A stretch of 60,474 nt of DNA, filler included, from Fonticula-like sp. SCN 57-25 (GCA_001724245.1; 5 parts of 5 records of this genome joined end to end with filler, not necessarily neighbours in it); one strand, 5' to 3'; positions 1 through 13,010 are shown, counted from the first letter of the whole stretch. The notes: generated by a model from the letters alone, not told the origin. Program-made: numbers and translations.

Positions 1-356
1 CCCAACTTCCATGGTGCAAAGTGATCAGATTGTTATATTCATTTGGCTCCTTACAGAGAGAGGCAAATCACGTGCTGGATCATAGGTGATCTACCCGTGG
101 ACACTCCTCGGGGACGGAATGAAACTAACCCCTAACCCTGCCCTAACCGACCTAACCCGACCCTGACATACCCAGACCGACCCAACCCGACCAAAACAAA
201 CAAAACCGACCATCAGTGACGCGACCGAACGCAGACTTTCAAGGGCAGTTTTTCTGTATGACTATAGATAAAAATATATTAAAAGATACATTGAACAGGG
301 AAATTGAAAACAAAGAAAGCACAGCTGTAAATGAATGCATTAGAGTGAATAGTCGC

Positions 357-3044
357 TTATGTGACGACTCTCCTTGACGCGTTTGCGTTTGAGCGCCTCT
401 TCTCCTTTTGCGCCCCCGGCTTTGGCGATGCCGGCGCGACGATCGCCGTGAGCGACGGCTCGCCCGTGCGCCTCTCCCTCTGCGGCTTGGCTGGCCTGAC
501 AGGCTGCTTGTGCCTGAGCACCCTCGCCAATTCCCGCGCGTTCGTCTGCGCGCGATGCGCAATCCCCCGAATGTCGATGGATGTGTCCAAAAAGTCGACT
601 GACCGCGAGATGCTCTCGGCCAGCACGCGCCTGGTCGACTGCACGAGCTCTTCCGGCAGCTCCTCCGTCACCGGCGCGTGCTGCAGCGGCCTATAGTCGT
701 TCGTGAGCACCGCAGAGAGCTGGTTGAGCAGCTGCCGCCACTCATTCTCGCGCTCTATCATGCTCATGCTCTGCCGCGAGAGCATGTCAAGCTGGGCGCT
801 GCGGAGCGGCTGCAGCGTCGGCGCCATCAGGTTGACAAGAGTAACGTCCTCGGGCAGGTGAACCGCCTCGGTGACGTTCACGGCGCCGTACACGTCGGCG
901 TACTCGTCGTCGTCAAGCTCGCCTTCGTCCGACGACAGGTCAGACCGGTCGGGAAGGAAGCGAAGACGCTTGCGGGGGAGCGCAGTCAGCGTCGTCGACG
1001 CGCTCAGCCAATCACCCGCCGACAGCTTGTTGTAGCGGTTCGGGCCGGACGCAGCGGGCGCCTCTTCAGAGGCAGTGCGGACATTCGCGATGGGGCGCGG
1101 GACGCGGAACGACGACGCGGGAATGTCATCTTCATCCGACGGCGGTGCAGAGGCGGCAAGGGCGGCGGCGCTGTCGCCAAACTCGCCGCGCAGCGCAACA
1201 GGAATGACACCAAAAGGCGGGACAAACGGCGCGGTCGAGTTGGCCGGCGATGCGGCGGCGGAGGCGGCGGCGGCGGCGGGCGAAGCGGTGACGGATGGCT
1301 GCGGCGGCTGAGTCGGCTGCGCGGCGGGCGACGCCTGCGCGTGCATCGTCTCGTTGAACGCCATCGACGTCGGCGCGCTGCCTCCGACATTCAGCAGCTG
1401 GTACGTCTTGTTGATGTGCTCATAGTCGACGCCGCGCAGGGCAGCAATGTCGTCCATCGACTCTTGCGACCCGAGCTTGTGCTGCTGCTGCTGCTGCTGC
1501 TGCTGCTGCATGCCAGGCGAGCCGTACATTGCCTGCGGCTGCGGCTGCTGCGGCGAGGCGGACCCCGCCGGCGGCATGACGCCGAGCATGGGCGTGCCCA
1601 TCGGGCTCGGCACGCCGGGGCTCACGGGCTGCTGCGTGACGCCCTTGAGCGGCGCAGACATGAGCGGCGTGGCGGTCGGGCGGCGCGCGCCGGCACCGAT
1701 CGGCGACGCGGCGGCAGAGATGGGAGCAAGCGCGCCCGCCGGTGTGTGCTTGCGGGCGCTCGCGGGCGCCGGCGCAATGGTGCTCGGCGTTCCGGGCGAC
1801 TTGCTAAAGCTGCGCGCGGGCGTCGGCGACGGCGAAACCGCGCCGCTGTCCGCCATCGCGTCGCCGTAGCGCTTGCGGCTCGCGCTGCCGGCGGCCGACG
1901 AGGGAGTCAGGCTCGGGCGCGCGGCCTTGGGCGGGCGCGCCGACTTGGGCGTCTGCACGGCCGACGCCGATGCAGCCGGGGTCGCAAGGTAGTCGCCCTG
2001 CTTCTGCTGCTGCGCGGGCGACGCGCCCGGCGGCATGGCAAGGACAGACGGCGACGGGAGGCCGCCCGTGGGGGTGCCAAACGCGCCGTGCGGGACCATC
2101 ATGCCCTGCGGCCCGCCGTGCATCGGCGAGTGCGCGCCGCCAAAGCCGCCAAAGGGCATCTGGAGCGGCGCGCCGCGGCCCATCGGCGACATGCCGACCA
2201 TCGGAAGCGGCGGCTGTGCTGCGCCGGTGGGAGCGGCGGGCGGCGGCGTGGCGGTAGCAACAGCGCCGGGGCTGCTCGGAAAGCGGAATACGTCGTTCGG
2301 GAGCTTGCCGATGGACTCGGCCGACTGCTCGCGAAGCTGCATTGACGCGTCAATGTCCTTGATCGGCGGCAGGACCGTGTCATACGACGACACGGCCGAT
2401 GGCGAGCTTGACTGCGAGCTGAACCGCGACGACGCGGCGGGCGACGAAACCGACGACTGAAACAGGTGTTAGTCGAGGGAAAAGTCACAAAAAGAAAAGC
2501 GCACGGGGGTAAAGTCGGCGAGGGGCTTTGTGTGCGACTCGCTCGAGACAATTGACGGGATGGGCGTGCCAGTCGGCCGCGGCGTGCCCTGCGGCGACGC
2601 CGAGATAAGATGCGCCGGCGGGAGTCGCGCATCGCTGGCGGGCGTGGACGGCGTCGGCATCACGATGGGGGAAGAGATCGAAGGGAGTGCGGCGCTCGGC
2701 TGCGGCGTCGGCGGCACGCTCGGCTGGGGCGACTTTAGCGGCGTCGACGTTGGCAGCGGTGGCGTCGGCGCGCGGGCGGGCAAAAGATCCGACATGCTCG
2801 GGAGCGGCGCGGCGGGCGTGGGGGGAGGCGAAACACGCTCCGGCATCACGGCAGGATCCGGCGTCGCGGCCGGCGGCGAAGTAACCAAAGCAGCGGCAAC
2901 GGGCGTCGCGGCAACGGACGGCGCCGGCTCGGAGGGCGCGGCGGGCGGAGTCGCCACCTTGGTCTCCTCGGGCTGGGGATCCACAGCCGGCGCCACAGGA
3001 GGCGCAGGCGAGGAAGGGCCGTCAGCAACACTGTCTACCTCCAT
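357..3044 (-). CDS. Pro/Gln-rich protein with C-terminal RXT2-like domain (Rpd3L/Sin3 HDAC complex subunit-like); 2 exons, intron 2504-2457
   Basis: ORFs 2469-3044 and 357-2393 join in frame via a GTGCGC...CAG intron; NRYNKLS and LDMLSRQSMSMIERE..LSAVLTND resemble the RXT2_N motifs. Confidence 0.6.
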
Positions 3045-3351
3045 GACGATCTAGAAAAGGGCGCGATCTGACGCTCACCCGCGCGATCAGCTAAACCTCG
3101 TAAAAGTCAGCTGTTCGTGCGCTGCGCAACGAAAGAGGCAGCGAAAGGAGAAAGTTGACGGCGGCGATAGGTCGGGCAGCCGATGCGTGCGCCGTCCCAC
3201 CGCAAGCAGAGGAGCAGTTAAATCTGGGTAGTGCACCCCGAAGCGTCCAAGAGGGGAATGAAATGCGTCACCCCTTAGGTTGTGTCGTCATCGGTGACGT
3301 CACAAACGTGATTCAGTTTCCCGACGTCCCGGCGACCCAACCCCAAAGGAA

Positions 3352-3784
3352 ATGGCGTCCCGCATCCTGTTCGGCGCTCGCCGCTTTGCCACGCAGGGCT
3401 CGCCCGCCCGCACTGCTCTCGCTCATGAGCTTGAGGAGGAGGCCCACGCTCTCAGTGCGCCTTTATAATTATCATTTTCATGTGTTGACATGATTTTCCC
3501 TCTTTTCCCTTTCTTTTTCCCTCTGCAGAGGCCACCGCTACGTGGAAGAACATCTCGTACTTTGTTGCCCTCCCGGTGACCTTTATCGTCGCCGCCAACT
3601 CGATCTACAAGGCCTCGCAGCACAGCGAGCACCACGAGCAGATCCAGTACAGCACCTTCTTCCGCATCCGCGCTTTTCCCCTCTTGTTCGCTTGCGGCAT
3701 CAGCTCATGCTTGTGCTCTAATAGCCTTTCCCGTGGGGCGATGGCGACAAGACCCTCTTCTGGAACGACCACGTCAACCACTAA
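3352..3784 (+). CDS. COX6A: Cytochrome c oxidase subunit 6A (COX13), 3 exons
   Basis: Mitochondrial presequence MASRILFGARRF, WKNISYFVALP TM segment, C-terminal PFPWGDGDKTLFWNDHVN signature. Confidence 0.9.
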
Positions 3785-4181
3785 AGGAGCGGCAGAGCGC
3801 GTGCGCGCGCGCCGGAGTGTCGGCCTTGCGCGGCGCCTTTTCGTCCCTTTCTCTGGACCGTTGATGGTTATGTAATGTCTTGTTTCTTTCGCCACACTTC
3901 CCTCTACCTAATAAAGCAGAGAGTTGATAACCCAGTTACCCGACCGCTTATGCTTTATTGCCGTATAAATATTTGGTGTGCATGTTCGACACTTTTGAGC
4001 ACTTGCCCATTGTCATCACGTTGTTTGTCGTGAACATGAACAACTTTACCGCGATGATCAGCTTCCTAAAAATGATCCATTGTCACTCCCTCCCCATGTG
4101 CGGCACAATTCATATTCGACATTATATTCCGTAGCAATTTCGTATAGTATTTTCTTTCAACTTTCCACGCCCTCCGCGTCC

Positions 4182-5592
4182 CTACTTGGTCTGGCTGCCA
4201 ATGTCCATTTTGAGCGCAGCCGCGAGATCCGCCGCAAGCTGCATCTGGCTGGGCCTGGCCTTCCTGTTCTTAAGCCCGCTGAGGAGCTTGTCGGTGCGGA
4301 GCTCCGCGCCCGACGCGGGCTGCCCCTGCGGGTGCTCGAGGAAGCGCTTGAACGCATCCTGCTCGCCGCTGCTCTCGCCGCCGGCCGCGGCCGCCGCACC
4401 GGCAGCCGTCTCGGGCTCCCACTCGTCGGCACCCATGTAGTGGTGCACGTGCTCCCAGTTGATGCTGTTCCACCAGTCCTCGAGGTACTTCTTGCGGTCC
4501 GTCCCATAGTCGAGCATGTACGCGTGCTCCCACACGCTGCACGCCAGGATCGGCACGAGCGGCAGACCAAACGGCGGCCGGTGCATCAGCGCGTCAAACT
4601 GCGTCGCCGTCTTGGGCCACGTGGAAGGAGCGCTGGCGGCGGCGGTGGCGTCGTCGACGAGCGAGTCGGACCGCGCGCCGGCGTCGGGCTTCCGCCGACC
4701 CTCAAGAAGGGTGTCGAGCGTCACGAGAAGGTCCTTGCGGGCCTCCTCGAGGCGGTTCGTCGACGAGGCGAGCGCGTCAGAGGCGAGGGCTTCGGGCGAA
4801 GGGTCGCTGCCCTGCACGGCCATCGACTGGAAAAGCGTCGCGTCGCGGACGTCGGTCGAGGACGGCGACTCGGGCAAAAGGTTCTTGTCAACAAGATGCA
4901 GGCGAGCGGGGGCGAGCGGGGTGCCGCCGTTGAAGCAGCAGATGATGCGGAGAGTAAGCTTCTCGTCCTCGACAAGCCACACGGTGCCGCTGCCAAACAT
5001 GGACATGGCGCAGTTGATGAACTGGGATGAAAGGCGCGGGGTCAGATGGCTGAAAAAGGAGACAAAAATAGAGTGGCGCACCTCGCGCTTCAGGTTCTCG
5101 AGCGACATGAATTCGTAATTGATGCGGCGGAGAACGCGCTCGCTCGGCTCCTGCTTGGTCGCCGACTATTCAGATCAACGTCAGTACGGGGATCATTCCT
5201 ACGAAAAAGAAAAGGAATCGCACCTGGCAGGCAAGAGCATAGTGCATGTTCCACGACTGCGACGCGTGGTTGAAGAGGTGCGCGTGCTCGGGCGTGCGCG
5301 CCGTGCGCGTGATGAGCGCGTAGAGCGGCAGCTCACGGAGGTCCTCGCGCTTGGGCGAATCGAGCAGCTCATTGACGCGCGTCAGATTCGACTGCAGGAC
5401 CGAGAGGTAGTGCTTGTAGGCATTTGACGACAGCGTCGGAGCGCCCGTCTCCTCCTTGAAGGAAAGCGGGGGCAGCTCATGGTACACCGTGAGCGAACGC
5501 GACGCGGAAACGCCAGCAACGGCGCCGATGCGCGAGCGGGCGACCGACGCCAGCGACAGGCGCGCTCCCGACAGCATCCTCGTGGAAAACAT
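4182..5592 (-). CDS. Fe/Mn-SOD-fold mitochondrial ribosomal protein (mS42/mS43, Rsm26/Mrp1-like), 3 exons; start at 5592 or 5577
   Basis: HELPPL, LFNHASQSWN, FGSGTVWLV, PILACSVWEHAYMLDYG..RKKYLEDWWNSINWE; SOD metal ligands largely missing; mitochondrial presequence. Confidence 0.75.
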
Positions 5593-5596
5593 GAAA

Positions 5597-5683
5597 CTGG
5601 AGGGGCAGGCCGAATCACTTGCGGGGCAGGTTGAATTACTTGAGGGGCAGACATTGAATAGCACTCGAGGGGCAGGATGAATG
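5597..5683. repeat. Four degenerate 21-25 bp tandem repeats (consensus CTnGAGGGGCAGGnTGAATnA) filling a divergent promoter
   Basis: ctggaggggcaggccgaatca / cttgcggggcaggttgaatta / cttgaggggcagacattgaatagca / ctcgaggggcaggatgaatga. Confidence 0.8.
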
Positions 5684-8490
5684 AGGGGCTGGAGGCGTTG
5701 GTGCGGCAGCATGTGCCCTGGGAGCGCATGTCCGCCGCCGCGCGCCAGACATTCAGCAACAGCAAGGAGCAGTGGGAGCAGGAGGTCAGGAACTTTAGTC
5801 TTAGAAACCAGCTCAATTGGCGCTCGGGATTGGTAAGATCGCTCTACCAGGACGAGAAGAAGTACTACGAGGAGCTCGTCCAGCTCAGCCGCGAGAGCCT
5901 ACTGGTGCGCGCTAGCCGCAGCGCCGTCAAACCGCTAACTGTGTTGTGTTTCAACAGCTCTTTCCGTATCACTTGTCGGACGTGCTGGTCCGCGGGCTCA
6001 AGATCTCCCCCTTTGCATACTATCGCGAGATGATGTTTGACCTCATGATGAAGGAGAAGAGCTACGATTCTTTGCCCAACTTTACCGCCACAGACTGTAC
6101 GCGCACGCTTTCAGTTGACACACTTACTGTATTATTGTGGTTGTGTTGTGTAGTGTGTATTGTGTCTACTTTTGTGCCTACTTTTTCTCTTGCGTCCTTA
6201 CTGACTCTTGCAGGCGTTCGACTTCTCGGCATCGGCCGCAACGAGTACATTGACAAGATGAACCGCAGCAAGAGTGTGGCGCGCACCGGCCTGCTCAACA
6301 TTATCATGATGCGCCGCAAGACAGTCATCTCTGAGCTGCTGCCGACGCAGCCGGTCGACTTTACCATCGAGCCATGGTGGATCGTCCGCTTTGCCTACGT
6401 CACCGAAGAGACCCTCAAGGTGCGCCTGTTTGACGCCATAAATGTTGTATTACTGACACATTTTACGTTATGTTTAGGCCTGTAGCCCTGCCGAAGAGGC
6501 GCTTGTTCGTCGCTTATTTGCACTCAAACACTGCGAGGCCGGCCTGCTTCCGCTCGACGTGCTTCGCGCCATTTACCGCAAGGGCGTCGTCTATTTTGAC
6601 GTCCCTGTCAGCCCAACCGACAGCGTCGCAGGTGCGCATATGACAGCACTGTGATACCATTGTGCATATCTAATACTCTTCTTCTTTTTTTTTGTTTTCA
6701 GTTCCGCCGCTGGAAAATTTTGTGATGAACCGCGTCCAAGGCGACTACTTTGAGACACTTTTATACAAAGTTTTCGTCTCTATTGACGAAAACACGACAA
6801 TTCAAGAGCTAAGCAGCGTCCTTCTCGTTGACGTATCAATGGTCCAGGACGCCGTGAGCGTCTACTGCCGCCTCGGATTCGCCGTCAAAAAAGGCGTCCC
6901 CGACGCCGACGACAACCCCCGCTGGGACGACAGCTGGAAAAGGCACGCAATTGAGAAAATCGCATGCGATTTTTACTCATCTTTTGTTTAGCGACGTCCG
7001 CGGCGCCGCTCTTCTCGAGGACGGCCTCCTACCTTCGCACTCGATCTCGCGCGGGTACCGCCGCCCCACTGCACCCTCGCCTTCCGTTTCCGCCACACTT
7101 TCGCCGCCGTCGCCCGCGCCGCGCATCGCCTTTTTATATGACGCGACATTGACCGCATTTCTCATGATGGGCAACTTGTCGCCCGGCCTAAAGATGCACG
7201 CCGTGACCATGTTTGAGGTGGGAAAGTTGGCGAGCGAGAGCGTCGATGCGCTCATGGAAGAGCTCAAGAGGGTGGAAGAGGCGGCCACGTGGACGGAAGG
7301 GGATGCTGATAGGTATTTTGTGCATGCGATTGCGCTAAAGGAGGCGATTGCGTGTTTGAGGAGGGAAAAGGATGGCGTCGTCCCAATGATCGGTGCGAGA
7401 TAAAGATTGACGTAAATTATACTAACATTGTGAATGTCTTTTTGGTCTCTTTTTGGTGTCTTTTGGTGTATTTTTGGATTACTTTTGGTTACTTTATGAT
7501 TAATTTATGTTATTTTATGGTTACTTTATGGTGACTTCCCTTCCTTTTACCTTCCTTTTTCCTTATTTGTCCCCCCTTTTTCGCCCCTTTTTCCCCCTTC
7601 CAGATCTTGTTCGCTACGAATCCCTGACCAGTCTTGACTCTGCCACTCAGCAGCGCATCCTCGCGCGCAACTACGACCTCCTCGTCTCGATGGCCCCCAT
7701 CTCCCCCGACTGCCGCACGATCCCCTTTGCCTCGCCGCCGCACCTCGGCCCGCCAATCCCCGAAGTGAACGCACTCTGGTTCAGACTTTTTCTCTACGCG
7801 ACAATGCAGAGCGGGCCTGTGACAGCCCTGTACGCAATGGGCGCGCGCGTCGCGTCGCTCCCGCTCGTTTTTTTGGGCGGCGCAAGTGGTGCAATTGGCG
7901 GGAAAAGTGGCGGGAAAGCGTCGCCAGAGTGGATCATGCTCACAATGTGGGAGCAGGCAGAGCTGCCAAAGATTGTCCACGTGGGCGCTGTGTTGCCGCT
8001 GCTGAATGAGATGCTCACAGAGGGCCCCGTGATGGTCCAGGCCGTTACTTCACAAGAGGCCACGTGGATAGATAAGGTTTTCCCGGCCGCTGAAGGCGAG
8101 CTTGGCGCGGTCGGCCGGTTTGAGGAGCCGCTCGGGCTGCGCGACATGTGCGGCTATGTGCGCTTTGTGCGTGGTGACGTCAGTGATGACGTAGGTGATG
8201 ACGTCATTGGTGATATGGTTCCGTTTTCGGTTCATTATGGCGTGCCGCTGTTTGATCTTTCGCTGACGCGGCGCGTGGCGGGCAAGATCGAGTCACATGA
8301 TCTACTTTCAACAGACAAGCTTGGAAAGGCGAGTGCGCGGGCAAGGCGGCTTGCGCTGAGCGTGCTCGAATTTGTTAGGGCGCAGAGGGGAGGAAGGCTT
8401 GAGGCGGATCTGGAGAGTCCGTTGAATGCGGCGCTGTTTCCGACGTACTCGCTGCTGTTTGCCAATGGTGGGTTGTCAAGGCTGAATTGA
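5677..8490 (+). CDS. FAM91A1: FAM91A1 homolog, multi-exon
   Basis: [96 protein letters not shown]. Confidence 0.92.
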
Positions 8491-9706
8491 GGAGAATTGT
8501 GTATATATGTTTGTATTTGTATTGCCTATGTAATAGACGGCGAAAAAGAAGGTTTAAATAGTCAAAAGAAAAAGTGGGCTTTTCTTCATGTTTGATTTTT
8601 TTGAGTTTGCCAGCAGTGATTGCATTGAATATCAAGTGAGATGTTGACTTGGCGTATATTTGACGGAGCGGTTTAAAAAGTGCTCTTTTTCCAAAAAAAT
8701 ATGACAAATAATATTTCCCTATCAATTCATATTATTAAAATACGTGCGCTTTTATTTGTTTCGCACTGCTGCAGCATACAGACGAAAAATAGCCAAAAAA
8801 TCATGATTGGTGCAAACTGATTTTAGTTTGCATCAACATGGCATGATCGGCTGCATCTGACATTCATTCAAATAAAAGAGCATTCATTTTGCCACATAGT
8901 ACACATATACTGCTTTAATGCCCGCCTCCCGAGTGTCATTTGTCCGTTCACTAGCATGATGTCGCCGTCATCGCTCTAAAATTACCGGAAATTACGACCT
9001 AATAAACGTTGACGTAATCACAATCATGACACAATCGACCAATCAGCGCTCGCCGTCATCTGCTGTCGTCCCCACAGAGTCTCCTGTGTTTTGGCAGATC
9101 TCTGCTCCTTCTGACCTTTACTTCAAGCCGACCCTTCGCCTACATACACCGTCTATTTAGGCAGTCAACGGCCACTTGTTTCATTTGCGAGCCTTTTTTC
9201 AATTGATCTTGAACTTTACTTGTTGGTCGGATCGGATCGGCTGCTTCCCGCGCGAATTATACCTACATGCCAGAGGGCCGCGCCTCGTCTGCGTGGCGCC
9301 ACGCGAGCCGCCGCGCAATGGCCAACGCAAAGTTTGGCTGGCTCGCCGCCAGGCACGACTTTGTAAAGTTTGTTTCGCGGCGGTACAGCAGGGGGCTCGC
9401 GCAGCTCATCGCCGATGACTCGATCGTACGCGCGGGCAGATCAACCATGCGGGTTGCATATCTTAACTGTTTGCTTGCATACATGCACTTTATTTACTGC
9501 ATTACAGTGTCTGTTTATTGCCTTTTGCTATTTATTGCATGTTTTATTATTGGCATGTTTCTTCATGACGTTGATTCGGTTCTCATATTCTCAATCATTG
9601 TGATGCCATTGTGCGTATTTTCAGTCATTTTCACCACATTTTACACCAATTTACACCATTTTTCATGTACTAATACCACCCTCAGCCACCTGCAACACTG
9701 CTCTCA

Positions 9707-11056
9707 ATGTCGCGCGCCCTTCTCGACCTCGGCGCGTCCCCCAACTCCCCCCACTTCAAAGGCGCCCCTCCCCTCCGCCTCGCCTGCGAGCGCAACGCCC
9801 CCCTCCTCGTCGCCCTCCTCCTCTCCCGCGGCGCTTCCCCGACCGCGCGCGGCGCCGACGGCTGGTCAGCGCTCCACATTGCCGTGATCGACGGCCGCAC
9901 GCACGTGGCGCATCAGCTGCTGCTTGCCGGCGCGTCGCCTTTCGAGCGCGGCGCACGTGGCTGGAACCCGCTGCAGGTGGCGGTCGTCATGGGGCGGTAT
10001 GGGCTCGTGAGGCTCATGCTCAGTGAGGCGCGGCCGACGGCGGCGGTGTCGGCAGAGGGCGTCGAACAGGGCGAGGGCGGAGAAAGAGACGCGAGAAGTG
10101 ACAGTTTTGGTCGAAATATGGCGCGAAATGGGCGTGGAATTACAAGTGAATCATTGCCAAGTGGTCAAGAATTGCCTTTAAATGGTCAAGGAATGCCCAT
10201 GTTTGGTTCCTCAGAAGACGTTTCCAGGGCCGCATTTTCTCTCTCTGGCGACGCAAGTCCGCCACGCAATCGCCGCGAGCGCCGCAACGCCGTCATTGCA
10301 GTTCCCTCTAATGACCATAATGATCATCAATCTGATGGCCATCAGTCAAGTCATCAGTCAAGTCATAACTCTGATGACCATCAGTGGAACCTTCATGGTC
10401 ATCAGAGAGAGGACATTAACAGCCCGACAGAGAGTGGACTGACGGCTGTTCACGTGGCGTGCCATGGTGGCCAAGTGATCAGTTTGCAGTTGCTGTTGCG
10501 GCATGGCGCGGCAATGGAGGCGCTCGATGGAAAGGGGCACACGCCGCTCTATCACGCGGCGGCGCGTGGTCACGTGAACTGCATTCGGGTACGAAAAGTG
10601 TATAAAAGTGTTGAATATGTGTGACTCTATTGTAGTATTGCATGCATGGGAATGAGGCAAATGTATCGAGTATATTGGTTTAGCGTGCATGTATGAGTGT
10701 GTTAATGCTGATGTGCATTGACATATTTATATATATTTTTATACGTGTTTGCATGTGTGACAAGCATGTGTGCATGCATGCATATTTCTGTGAGTTTTGA
10801 CGTGCATGCATATATCTATAGTAATTTCCTTCTAAACATATCATAGATTCTTATGCAGCGCGGTGCCGCCAAGCGAAATCTCCCTGCCGATCTTTCTCCC
10901 TTTGTGCAGCGTGAACTCTCAAAGTGGCCATCAGTGCCATCTCTGACGACACTCAGCCTCGAGCGGGTTCGTGGAATGGTACGCGAAAAGCCAGATATTG
11001 CAAGCACGCTTCCCGTCGGCATCCGCCAGCTGCTACCAGTGTCTCTATCGCAATAA
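9707..11056 (+). CDS. Ankyrin-repeat protein (possible upstream exon from 9267)
   Basis: GWSALHIAV, GWNPLQVAV, GLTAVHVAC, GHTPLYHAA repeats; intron about 10589-10846. Confidence 0.8.
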
Positions 11057-11389
11057 AGTGCAATTTTGTATAGTATTGACAATGCTGTCACAACAATGTA
11101 GGACGTGTATCTATCAGCATTATGTGCACCAATCAATAGCCATATGTAGGATGCAAGCCATATCTACAATATGGCCATAGTAATACGAGTCACTCTATGC
11201 AGCCCGCTATGCAGAGGCAACGTGTATCAGACATACTTATCATATGACAATACTGTCACAGCATTGTACATGATTTTTTGCATGCATAAAGCATTCTATC
11301 TAGCATTCTATCTATAGTGTCATCACTTGTCACCGTATGGTATTAGCTTCTTCCATGCAAATTGCATGATAATATACAACATTGTACAA

Positions 11390-12148
11390 CTATTCGTCCT
11401 TTTTCGCGTCGACTGCGAGACTTCCCGGCCCCACTCTTGCGAGCATCCAGAACCCGCCCATGACGGCGCACGCGATAAAAAAGTCATACTTTACGAGATC
11501 CCGCCTGGGATCGTGCTCGCGCATCCGCCAGAACGAGTTCACGGCCACGTTCGCGATGCCCATCGCCACGACAATGATCATGGCGCACATGCGCGCCCTG
11601 AACCCGACGGCGACGCACACGCTCAGGATCACGCCCGTCAGCGATGCCACGACGCGCGCCATCGTGATGGCCTCGCCGCGCATCATGATCGACGCAAAGA
11701 GGACGATGAGCAGGAGGCGGCCGAGCAGCTGCGCAAAGTCGGACGCATAGAGCTCGCGCGATAGCGTGGGGAGGCCCGCGTGCGTCGGCGCGCGGCCGTG
11801 CGGCAGGTACTCGGACAGCAGGATCAGGACGCTGCCGGAAAGCGACGCGAAACCGATCGAAAAGGTGACGTCAGCAAAGTGCTGGTAGACGATCAACTGG
11901 AGGGGCAGGTCGACGAGGAGGAGCGCGCAGCCGAGGGCGCCGGCCGTGCGGCCGAGCTTGCCCGAGAGCAGGACGAGCGACGCGCCCACAAACTCGAGGA
12001 GAAAGTTGACAATGAGAAAGAGGAGCGAAAAGGAGTACGAGTAGTGAAGACGGCGCGTAAAGTACTCGAGCTGGAAAGAGTGATCCTGGACGAGGCGGAT
12101 GCAGTCCTCAACAAAGACGACGACAATCAGCACGCGCGTGATCAGGGG
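11390..12148 (-). CDS. SURF4: SURF4/Erv29 ER cargo receptor (5' end lost in spacer)
   Basis: FVEDCIRL, AQLLGRLLL, RDLVKYDFF...GG, GPGSLAVD and C-terminal KKDE (KKxx) retrieval signal. Confidence 0.85.
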   Translation of the reverse strand, partial: PLITRVLIVVVFVEDCIRLVQDHSFQLEYFTRRLHYSYSFSLLFLIVNFLLEFVGASLVLLSGKLGRTAGALGCALLLVDLPLQLIVYQHFADVTFSIGFASLSGSVLILLSEYLPHGRAPTHAGLPTLSRELYASDFAQLLGRLLLIVLFASIMMRGEAITMARVVASLTGVILSVCVAVGFRARMCAMIIVVAMGIANVAVNSFWRMREHDPRRDLVKYDFFIACAVMGGFWMLARVGPGSLAVDAKKDE

Positions 12149-12211
12149 CTGGGGGTAATCATTGTTAGTAAAGAACAAAGACAAATGGGAGACGGAGGCG
12201 CACAATAAAGT

Positions 12212-12311
12212 NNNNNNNNNNNNNNNNNNNNNNNNNNNNNNNNNNNNNNNNNNNNTTAATTAATTAANNNNNNNNNNNNNNNNNNNNNNNNNNNNNNNNN
12301 NNNNNNNNNNN
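12212..12311. other. Artificial contig spacer (N-TTAATTAATTAA-N); also at 24830-24929, 36776-36875 and 48673-48772
   Basis: The same 100-nt N run with an all-frame stop linker occurs four times. Confidence 0.97.
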
Positions 12312-12817
12312 TAATCCCAAGGTCAATGACCTTTACAAAGAGCTCACAATCGACACACACTACGAAAGAGATCATGCGACGAAAGTTGGAAGAAGATCTG
12401 ACGATCAGAAAATGCTGAAATGACAAAAGCCACCAGTGATATGCGAAACTTAATCGCGCAGCCGGAAGATGTCGAGCCGAAGCCCGGAAGATGGTGTGAA
12501 ACTAGTCCACGGAAGATCTCCACGCTTGCGCGAGGAGTGGAAGATGCCGCGTGCACGGATAATGGTTGGTGAGGATACGGAGACCCCCGATGAGTAAGGG
12601 ACTGACAACAGTGCAATAAGCTTGGCCCAAGCTCAAGGTTCTAGCAGCTGCACGTCAGCTAGGCAACAATAAAAGGTGCTCCGCTTGTCAGATCCTTCGC
12701 GGCACTGAACGGCGTGGCTGACCGCCGGACGATGCGCAAGATCAAATCGAGCGGCGCAAAAGATCTCGCAGATGCGGCATGCCCAGAAACAAAAAATGCC
12801 CCGGCGGCACCAGCGAG

Positions 12818-12890
12818 CGACCTCCGGGTCGAAAAATCTGACCCGGCCCGGTCCGGGTCGAAGCGGTCCGACCCCGGCCCGGCCCGGCGC
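12818..12890. repeat. GACCCGG/CCGGGTC repeat cluster, probable hAT subterminal region (counterpart at 15053-15120)
   Basis: tctgacccggcccggtccgggtcg...ggtccgaccccggcccggcccgg versus ggtccgacccgggtccgggtc...gacccgg. Confidence 0.55.
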
Positions 12891-13010
12891 CAATGACATG
12901 GCGTAATATGGCTGCATTAATGACCTCATATGAAATTGCATACAATATTCGCTAAATACACCATGTTGGCTAAAATGCACATACGATAAATTCACATCCA
13001 ATAACACACG

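Noticed and set aside
678-2345. Long antisense ORFs (also 28718-30334, 27447-28301, 33669-34553)
   Set aside because: Shadow ORFs of GC-rich coding sequence on the opposite strand
4182-5592. Active superoxide dismutase
   Set aside because: Metal-binding His/Asp ligands are mostly substituted; fits a SOD-fold mitoribosomal protein better
12212-12311. Recurrent TTAATTAATTAA inside N runs
   Set aside because: Artificial contig linker; adjacency across the spacers is not biological evidence
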